Below are positions 57,405 to 64,000 of a DNA stretch of 64,000 nt, piece by piece. Both the position numbers and the translations under genes were made by a program. Position 1 is the first letter of the stretch. Every line of letters starts with the position of its first letter. The stretch spans positions 1 through 64,000 of the forward strand of contig JARGFH010000002.1 in the NCBI GenBank assembly GCA_029210695.1, read 5' to 3'. The DNA is from Acidimicrobiia bacterium (lineage in GTDB: Bacteria; Actinomycetota; Acidimicrobiia; Spongiisociales; JAHEDJ01). The notes under the pieces were generated by a model. The model did not search any database and had not been told where the DNA came from. It was given only the letters and a program-made list of their open reading frames with translations.

Positions 57405-57739
57405 GCGACGCATTTGAGCCAGCGCAACCGCACCCCGGACTCCATGAGCGAGATCGCGATCAGGTCGACGCGCGACGCGGGGGGATGCAGTTTGGAGGCC
57501 AACCGGCGCACAGTCCGCTCCTTGTCGGCGGTGAAGGCATCTTCGGCAGTCGGTGGTGCGAAGCCGACGGCGAGCACGGTCTTCACTTCAACAACCACCC
57601 GCCTGCCGCCGTCATCAGCGACGAGGTCGACCTCACCGCGCCCGACTCTCACGTTGCGGTCGATGATGGACAAACCGTGGCGCTCGAGGAACACGGCCGC
57701 GATCGACTCACCGAGGCGGCCAACGTCTCGCCAGTTCAG
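57401..57739 (-). CDS. yraN: YraN (UPF0102) family protein, start uncertain
   Basis: G..GE..A..FL...G..I..RN.R...GEVDLVA......VVEVK. A CTG at 57739 overlaps the DUF2469 stop. Confidence 0.85.
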   Translation of the reverse strand: MNWRDVGRLGESIAAVFLERHGLSIIDRNVRVGRGEVDLVADDGGRRVVVEVKTVLAVGFAPPTAEDAFTADKERTVRRLASKLHPPASRVDLIAISLMESGVRLRWLKCVA

Positions 57740-58032
57740 ATCTGGACGCCGGGTTCGAGTTCCTCGATGTTGACGTCCCGGAATGTCATCACGCGCACGT
57801 TTTGTAAAAAGCGCGCCGGTCGATACATATCCCATACCCACGCATCCTCGAGTTCGATCTCGAAGTACACCGAACCATTCGACTCCTGCTTTGCGACACT
57901 GACCTGATTGGCGAGATAGAAGCGGCGCTCCGTCTCAACCACGAACTTGAACATCGAGAGGACGTCCCGATACTCCTTGTAGATCTGGAGTTCGGCTTCA
58001 GTTTCGTATCGTTCGAGATCTTCTTCGTGCAT
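57736..58032 (-). CDS. DUF2469 family protein
   Basis: EDLE.YE.E.EL..Y.EYRDV, VETERRFYLAN and DAWVWDMYRPARF. Confidence 0.93.
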   Translation of the reverse strand: MHEEDLERYETEAELQIYKEYRDVLSMFKFVVETERRFYLANQVSVAKQESNGSVYFEIELEDAWVWDMYRPARFLQNVRVMTFRDVNIEELEPGVQI

Positions 58033-58122
58033 TCACAGACTCCTCTGTGTGGTGCCTGGGGACCACGATCATACAGATCCCCCGACTCAACCGTTGTACC
58101 CTCCGGAGGGGACAGAAAATCC

Positions 58123-58857
58123 TCAGAGAGAACCGAATCTGTCGAACGGCCAAAGGCGAACAAAGGCCTTGCCGACGATGTGCTCCATTGAGATCGCGCC
58201 GAACTTCCTGCTGTCCTGGCTGGAGCTCCGATTGTCCCCCATGACGAACACCATCTCGTCGGGAATCGTCTGAGGACCGAAGTCCTGCATCACGATCCCG
58301 GGTGAAAGGTACGGCTCGTCTATCGGGTTCCCATCGATGAACACGGTGTTTTCCCGGATCTCGATCGACTCCCCCGGGAGGGCCATGATCCGCTTGATGA
58401 GATCGTCCGGAACGAGTGCCGTCTGGATGCCGAGTGACTCCTTGACCGCCCGCCAAGATGCAGCAATGAAAGTCTGATCATCTGTGACCGACGCGAACGG
58501 AGAATCGAAGACGACGACGTCGCCGCGCTCGGGTTCACCGAACACGTAGCTCAGCTTGTTGACCATGACCCGATCGTCGATCTCGAGTGTCGGAATCATG
58601 GAGCCCGATGGGATGAAGAACGCCTGAACGAAGAAGGTCTTGATGACGACGGCGACCACGAGCGCCACCAGAATGAGGACGGGCAGCTCGATGAGAAACG
58701 AAACGAGTCCGCCGCCCTTCTTGACGTGTTTCCTCCGCCCGGGGCGAGCTGCCGACTGTTCGGGAATTTGGCGAGAAGGGGCGTCCGGCACATCGAAATA
58801 CGGATCAGCATCGAAGGCGTTGGGCTCGGGTCTCGAAGCGGGATCATCACCGGACAT
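58123..58857 (-). CDS. lepB: Signal peptidase I
   Basis: IPSGSM.PTL, IKR and MGDNR..SQDSR. Confidence 0.95.
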   Translation of the reverse strand: MSGDDPASRPEPNAFDADPYFDVPDAPSRQIPEQSAARPGRRKHVKKGGGLVSFLIELPVLILVALVVAVVIKTFFVQAFFIPSGSMIPTLEIDDRVMVNKLSYVFGEPERGDVVVFDSPFASVTDDQTFIAASWRAVKESLGIQTALVPDDLIKRIMALPGESIEIRENTVFIDGNPIDEPYLSPGIVMQDFGPQTIPDEMVFVMGDNRSSSQDSRKFGAISMEHIVGKAFVRLWPFDRFGSL

Positions 58858-58917
58858 CGGACGCGAATCCTCAGCCAAGGCAAACCCCACTATCCGGCGT
58901 GCACCGGAGCGCGGTCA

Positions 58918-59259
58918 CTAACGCTGCTCTTTGATGCGGGCGGCCTTGCCGACCCGATCACGCAAGTAGTACAACTTGGCCCGGCGAACATCGCCACGGC
59001 GCATGACCTCGATGTTCTGGATGATCGGTGCATGCACGGGGAAAACGCGCTCAACGCCGACACCGAAGCTCATCTTTCGAACGGTGAAGGTGCTCCGGAG
59101 GCCGCCGCCGTCGCGGGCGATCACGACACCTTCGAATGCCTGCACGCGCTCACGTCCACCCTCGACCACGCGGACGTTCACCCGAACCGTATCGCCGGCT
59201 TTGAAGTCGGGGATGTTGTCACGCAGGTACGCGCTCTCAATGTGGTCAAGCTTGTTCAT
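58918..59259 (-). CDS. rplS: 50S ribosomal protein L19
   Basis: [21 protein letters not shown] and [12 protein letters not shown] at 59259 with an AAGGAG RBS. Confidence 0.97.
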   Translation of the reverse strand: MNKLDHIESAYLRDNIPDFKAGDTVRVNVRVVEGGRERVQAFEGVVIARDGGGLRSTFTVRKMSFGVGVERVFPVHAPIIQNIEVMRRGDVRRAKLYYLRDRVGKAARIKEQR

Positions 59260-59340
59260 GGGAAACTCCTTGGGACGCGACGGACGACCGCCCGGCGGCA
59301 TCGCATTGTATACCGTCGCCAAGGTTGACGCCAAGATCGC

Positions 59341-60003
59341 CTAATCGAGGAGATCGGGCCGACGCAGGCGAGTCCGCTCGAGCCGTTGCGCTAGTCGCCA
59401 CTCCTCGATTCGAGCGTGGTCACCGGACAACAACACCTCGGGCACAGTCCATCCCCGGAACTCGGCGGGTCGGGTGTAGTGCGGTTCCGCCAGAAGCGCC
59501 CCTCTGAACGACTCACCGGCGATCGATTGGGCGTTGCCCAAGACCCCAGGAAGCAGGCGGGCGACACCTTCAATGATGGTGAGAGCGGCAGCCTCCCCGC
59601 CCGGAAGCACGAAGTCCCCAACGGACACCTCCTCATCGATGAGATGATCGGAGACGCGCTGGTCGACGCCCTCGTAGCGGCCGCATACGAGGGTGAGATG
59701 GTCGAGTTCGGCGAACCGATCGAGGATGGACTGGTCGAGAGGTCGCCCCGCCGGTGACATGAGCACCCGGGTCGTGCCGGCGAGTGGGTCCAATGCCTTC
59801 GCTAGAGGCTCGATCATCATCACCATCCCGGCACCCCCGCCGTAGGGAGCGTCGTCGACCTGGCGGTGCACATTCGTCGTGTAATCCCGCAAGTCAACGG
59901 TCTGCACGTCGAGATTCCCTGCCTCGATCGCCCGCCCGACGATCCCGACACCGAGCGGGCTCGAGAAATATTCAGGGAATATGGTTATGACTGTGATCTT
60001 CAC
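59341..60003 (-). CDS. trmD: tRNA (guanine-N1)-methyltransferase
   Basis: VDD.PYGGG.GM, CGRYEGVDQR, S.GDFVL.GGE and LLSGDH. Confidence 0.97.
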   Translation of the reverse strand: MKITVITIFPEYFSSPLGVGIVGRAIEAGNLDVQTVDLRDYTTNVHRQVDDAPYGGGAGMVMMIEPLAKALDPLAGTTRVLMSPAGRPLDQSILDRFAELDHLTLVCGRYEGVDQRVSDHLIDEEVSVGDFVLPGGEAAALTIIEGVARLLPGVLGNAQSIAGESFRGALLAEPHYTRPAEFRGWTVPEVLLSGDHARIEEWRLAQRLERTRLRRPDLLD

Positions 60004-60074
60004 GACCGAAGAAAGCTAGTACGAATGAGCAGATGCGGTAAGCTCGCAGACCAGCCGCCCGGAGGGACAAGACC

Positions 60075-61865
60075 GTGTCCGACACAACAGACTCAGGTGC
60101 AGACCCCTGGGGTTTGCCTGAAGAATCATCGATCCCCGTTACCGATTCAGACGACGCGAAAGAAGATGCCGACCTCCTCGCGCCGGAAGCCGTTGCGGCA
60201 CCAGACGAGCCTTCAAACGCTCCTGCCTCGCCGATCTTTGATGTTGAGTTCGAGCCGGCCGGGTCATCGGACGGAGAAGAGGCGGTAGAACCAGACGCTC
60301 CTTCACCCGCGCCGTCTCCGCCGGAATCGCGCGGTCCACTCTCTCAAGTTCTGGCCGCCTCAGGACTCTTCGGAGGAACCCCCGTTCCCCACTCTGTGGA
60401 GCCCGCTGAGGAGGAGGAAGAGCCACAAAGCCTGGAAGACACCGCCGGCGAGGAGAGCGATTCCGACGGCAGCATCGATGTGGCGGCACTCGAACTCGCG
60501 GAAGTCGAGGTAGAACCTCCGGACCTATCGGCTCCCGCGGTCGGTTCAATCGTCGGTATCGGTGCAACGGACGCCGATCTTCCCTCAGAACCCCCACCCT
60601 GGATGGTCTCCCAGCCACCTGCCGTTGACCCGGATGAAGCAAGCCGGCTTGCCGACTTCACGCAGCCGGCCTTCAGCGAGGAGTCCGTTGACCTGGAAGC
60701 CGCCGCCGCGCTCGATGAAGCCGCCGCCGCGTTCGCGGAAATCTCATTTGTCGATGATGCGGCCCAGAGCATTGAGGTGCCTGATTTCGACGAGAGCGCC
60801 GAAAACGAGACGGCGATCGACGAGACACAGACGGCCGAGGCCGATCTCGAATCGCTGGTCGCCGAGCTGGCCGTTTCCGACCCCGGTAGCGATGAAGAGA
60901 TACCGCTCGACGACGTGGTCCCGGATATCACCATCGACCCCGCCGACACCCCGAGCGTCTATCGCGAACTGGAGGCCCTGACTGAGATCGAGCCGGCCGC
61001 ACCTGCCGTGACACCCGAGGAGGCCCCCATTGACGAGGTTGTCGAGACCAGCGGAGTCGGCATTGAGAAAGACCCTTCGAGCACCGACCAACTTGCCGAC
61101 GCGGTGGGCGAGGCGGGCGAGGCGGTAACCACCGATTCGGAATGGGCCGTCTTCGAATACGCCGACGAACCATCGGAGCCGGATGCGCCCGTCTTCGGCG
61201 TCACATTCGGCAAAGACCTCCCGAAATCCGCCCCTGAGGATGTCGAAGACCTTGACGCCGTCGATCTCGTCGAGGACGAGATCGAGGCTCTCACCGACAT
61301 TGCTGAAGCCGAACCGGATGAACTCGTACTGGAAGCGGACCGCGTCGATTTCGACTCGACTGAAGCCGATGTGCTCGCCACGTCGGAGCCTGCTGCAGTC
61401 GAAGAACCGGCAATCAAACCGTTTGCCGCAGCCGCACCGGCCCTCGAATCACCCGCCATACCGTCTCCGGAGGAGCCGTTCGCCGAATCGACCGCACAAT
61501 CTGTCGTGAGCGAAACGGCTCCGATCGAATGGGGATCGCGCTGGCAGGAGTCGGCTCAGGGATGGGTCGAAGACGAACAGGGCCGCAGCACCTGGCGACC
61601 GATCGTCACCACCAGTCCAATCCTGTCGGAGTGGCAGATCGACACCTACCTGGGTGTCGTGGCGGCCGACGTTGTGCTCGGGTCCGGTCCTATCGAAGTC
61701 GAGATGCCCTCAGGACGAACGGCGACAATACGCGCACTCGTCGACGAAGCCATGGCGCGCGGCGCACACGCGATCGTTGGAGTCTCGACCACAATGGCTT
61801 CACTGGGAGGTTCGACGGTGCTCACCGCAACCGGCACGGCGGTAACACTGAAAGCCCAGGACTAG
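60075..61865 (+). CDS. Large acidic low-complexity protein with a C-terminal YbjQ/UPF0145-like domain
   Basis: About 480 aa rich in D/E/A/P, then IVTT.....W.I..YLGVV ... R...I..L..EA...GA.AIVGV ... TATGTAV. Confidence 0.75.
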   Translation: MSDTTDSGADPWGLPEESSIPVTDSDDAKEDADLLAPEAVAAPDEPSNAPASPIFDVEFEPAGSSDGEEAVEPDAPSPAPSPPESRGPLSQVLAASGLFGGTPVPHSVEPAEEEEEPQSLEDTAGEESDSDGSIDVAALELAEVEVEPPDLSAPAVGSIVGIGATDADLPSEPPPWMVSQPPAVDPDEASRLADFTQPAFSEESVDLEAAAALDEAAAAFAEISFVDDAAQSIEVPDFDESAENETAIDETQTAEADLESLVAELAVSDPGSDEEIPLDDVVPDITIDPADTPSVYRELEALTEIEPAAPAVTPEEAPIDEVVETSGVGIEKDPSSTDQLADAVGEAGEAVTTDSEWAVFEYADEPSEPDAPVFGVTFGKDLPKSAPEDVEDLDAVDLVEDEIEALTDIAEAEPDELVLEADRVDFDSTEADVLATSEPAAVEEPAIKPFAAAAPALESPAIPSPEEPFAESTAQSVVSETAPIEWGSRWQESAQGWVEDEQGRSTWRPIVTTSPILSEWQIDTYLGVVAADVVLGSGPIEVEMPSGRTATIRALVDEAMARGAHAIVGVSTTMASLGGSTVLTATGTAVTLKAQD

Positions 61866-61881
61866 CCGGCAGATCCGGGCG

Positions 61882-62070
61882 TCAGCCCACCACGGACTTC
61901 CACAGCACGAACAGACCGACGAAGAACATCGGGATCCCGACGACGGCGCCGAAAACCGACAGGCTGATCAATACACCGAGCGCCATCAGCGCCACTGCGA
62001 TCATCGCCAGGGCCAACCGGAAGGCGACGCCGACCAGACCTCCGACGAAGCGCAACGGCCAGGTGATCAT
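61882..62070 (-). CDS. Small hydrophobic membrane protein
   Basis: 62 aa with two TM segments. ATGA overlap with the DUF4097 gene. Confidence 0.7.
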   Translation of the reverse strand: MITWPLRFVGGLVGVAFRLALAMIAVALMALGVLISLSVFGAVVGIPMFFVGLFVLWKSVVG

Positions 62071-62837
62071 GCTCGGTCCAACCGCACGTCACCGGACACC
62101 GATCGAAAGCGAATCGACACCGATTCCCCTCCCTCGCCATCCACCGACTCGCGCCGATCTTGCGGCAAGTGCACTGATCCGGTCATCGTCTGCAGATCCA
62201 CCTCGACTTTGCGACCGGCAGGAACACCGAGAGTCAGGTCGCCCGACACCGTCTTGCAGTCGATCTCTCCACCGAGGAACCGGGCGATGTCGACGTCACC
62301 GGACGCGGTCTTGAGCCTCACATCCCCCGAGACCTTCCCGATCTCGATATCACCTGAGGCTGTCGAGATCGTGCAGTGACGCCCGACGCTGTGAATTCCG
62401 ATATCCCCTGAAGCGGTAGTTATCTGCACCCTGCCGCCCACGTGATCGACGTCGACATCACCAGAGGCAGTCTTCAAAGTGAAGTCGCGTTCGATGCTTC
62501 TGGCCTTCACATCGCCGGATGCTGCCGAAACTCGCAAATCGCCGATGGGACACATCACGTCTACATCGGCAGACGCGACCGACGTATCGACTTCCGCGTC
62601 CGCCGGCACCCGCAGCGAAACACGATGCGAACCGCCGAACAAACCTCGCTCGGACGACTGGCGAACGGATATTCCGTCACCGTATTGCTCAACCGTGAAG
62701 CCGTCGGCGTTTTTACCGTCGACTCTCACCTCGACGCCACCTTCGTCGTGCCCTTCGATCATGATTCGGCCTGAGCTGATACGTACTTCGATGCGGGGAC
62801 GCCCCCCGACCTGGAAAAACTCGCGCCGTTCGCTCAT
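62067..62837 (-). CDS. DUF4097 family beta-strand repeat protein
   Basis: Repeated T(A/V)SGD(V/I) motifs. Confidence 0.88.
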   Translation of the reverse strand: MSERREFFQVGGRPRIEVRISSGRIMIEGHDEGGVEVRVDGKNADGFTVEQYGDGISVRQSSERGLFGGSHRVSLRVPADAEVDTSVASADVDVMCPIGDLRVSAASGDVKARSIERDFTLKTASGDVDVDHVGGRVQITTASGDIGIHSVGRHCTISTASGDIEIGKVSGDVRLKTASGDVDIARFLGGEIDCKTVSGDLTLGVPAGRKVEVDLQTMTGSVHLPQDRRESVDGEGGESVSIRFRSVSGDVRLDRA

Positions 62838-63283
62838 AACTCGAAGCTCCCTGTGACTTTCCCACCGCGCTCGGTCCGCTTTCGTGCCTTAGACGACAAG
62901 GCCTTGACGACCCAGGTGTTGACCGAGTCGCCGGACTGGCCGGCGTTCTCTTCGACCAGATCTTTGAGAAGCTCCGGGAGCCGCAATGTCAGACGGGCTT
63001 CATAGTCCCCGGGGGTCATCTCTCCACCGTCACCGTCGACGGCTCGAACGCGCAGTGCGGGGTCACCATCGACGAGCACAACCTCGACCTCGTAGTCGGG
63101 CAGTTGCGCGCCAACTTCATGTGCTGCCTGCTCGGCTAGGTCGATGGCGAGTTGCTTCATCGATGGCTCGATGGCAACCAGCACGGCCATGGCGGCGGCC
63201 TCGACGGTTGGATCACCACCTCCAATCGCGACCTGCTGTGCGACCGCCTGCTCCAGCGCGGCAACGGCTGCCGTGATGTTCAC
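62834..63283 (-). CDS. Actinobacterial HicB-like protein with a C-terminal RHH DNA-binding domain
   Basis: ARLTLRLPE.LK...E..A...G.SVNTWVV.AL; translationally coupled to the DUF4097 gene. Confidence 0.8.
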   Translation of the reverse strand: MNITAAVAALEQAVAQQVAIGGGDPTVEAAAMAVLVAIEPSMKQLAIDLAEQAAHEVGAQLPDYEVEVVLVDGDPALRVRAVDGDGGEMTPGDYEARLTLRLPELLKDLVEENAGQSGDSVNTWVVKALSSKARKRTERGGKVTGSFEL

Positions 63284-63396
63284 TTCTTCCCCTTCTCACG
63301 ATGCTCCCAGCGGCGCTGCGACGGGCGAAAACTGCGCATGAGCTCTCCACTGTGAATGCGGTGATATTCCATTCCCATGATTGGTGTGGTCAACAT
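63280..63396 (-). CDS. 38-aa leader ORF (not in the ORF track)
   Basis: MLTTPIMGMEYHRIHSGELMRSFRPSQRRWEHREKGKK. AGAGGA RBS; its stop overlaps the next start as GTGA. Confidence 0.55.
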   Translation of the reverse strand: MLTTPIMGMEYHRIHSGELMRSFRPSQRRWEHREKGKK

Positions 63397-63417
63397 CTCT
63401 CGGTCCTCTCTTCGGGG

Positions 63418-63456
63418 TGACAGCACTATGATGTCATAATAATGTCACGCTGTCAA
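63418..63456 (-). promoter_or_regulatory. Promoter/operator of the RHH-DUF4097 operon
   Basis: TGACAGC...GCTGTCA inverted repeat enclosing ATGATGTCAT ATAATGTCAC. A perfect TTGACA lies on the minus strand. Confidence 0.6.
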
Positions 63457-63493
63457 GAGGTCGACGCGAAATGCTTTTCACCTTCCGAGGCGC

Positions 63494-64000
63494 CTAGATG
63501 AGCTTCCGGTCTTGCGCCCAACGACTCAGCTCGTGCCGATTGGTTAGCTGCAGTTTGCGAAGAACGGATGAGACGTGTGTTTCCACGGTCTTCACCGAGA
63601 TGAAGAGCTGCTCTCCGATTTCCCGATAGGTGTAGCCGCGTGCGATGTGCTGGAGCACCTCGCGTTCGCGGGGGGTCAACTGGTCGAGATCGGGATCGAT
63701 GTCAGCGATGGGGATCGAGCTGAAGGCGTCCAGCACAAACCCCGCCAGCATGGGCGAGAAGACGGCATCCCCTGCCGCCACCCGCCGGATCGCCTCCGAC
63801 AACTCGGATGGGGAGATGGTCTTGGTGACGTAGCCTCGTGCGCCTGCCCTGACCACCGCAACGACATCCTCCGCCGCGTCCGAGGCGGACAAGGCGAGGA
63901 AAGCAACTTCGGGGTGGTTCGGGGCGATCGCCTCGATCACGGCTCTCCCCCCGCCGGCCGGCATGTGTACGTCCAGGAGCACAACGTCCGGAAGGCGTTC
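63494..64000 (-). CDS. NarL/LuxR-family response regulator (5' end outside the window)
   Basis: PDVVLLDVHMP receiver domain and the LTPREREVL...G.T..EI...LFISVKTVETHVS HTH. Confidence 0.93.
   Translation of the reverse strand, partial: ERLPDVVLLDVHMPAGGGRAVIEAIAPNHPEVAFLALSASDAAEDVVAVVRAGARGYVTKTISPSELSEAIRRVAAGDAVFSPMLAGFVLDAFSSIPIADIDPDLDQLTPREREVLQHIARGYTYREIGEQLFISVKTVETHVSSVLRKLQLTNRHELSRWAQDRKLI

Overview
High-GC actinobacterial chromosome segment. Gene content and order suggest Acidimicrobiia, but that is inference. Bases 1-1735 are four nested insertion-sequence remnants (IS1380 > IS21 > IS3 > IS21), sitting just upstream of yajQ. About 2-30 kb is a mixed accessory and metabolic region. 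It holds an ECF sigma factor with a probable membrane anti-sigma, an AroQ-alpha/beta-hydrolase fusion, ferritin, a secreted transglycosylase-like gene frameshifted in a C9 tract, a VapBC pair, asnA and a Fpg glycosylase. It also holds a split SOS mutagenesis cassette: imuA'-imuB and dnaE2 each have their own LexA-box promoter sharing an identical 23-nt core. About 30-60 kb is the conserved minus-strand core cluster trmD-rplS-lepB-DUF2469-yraN ... yifB-dprA-xerC-whiG-rpsB-tsf-pyrH-frr-cdsA-dxr-rip-ispG-proS-rimP-nusA-infB-rbfA-truB-ribF-rpsO-pnp. The best candidate for an undescribed system is a small ECF regulon. The same promoter-like motif, GGTAAACCTTTCT-N11-CGAGT, lies upstream of both the sigma/anti-sigma operon (7.3 kb) and a distant exported protein (17.1 kb). 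That protein is an expanded paralog of the anti-sigma's outside domain, with one Ig-like domain plus three copies of an unnamed ~85-aa module. No tRNA, rRNA or CRISPR array was seen. All calls were made by eye from sequence motifs; no database searches were run.
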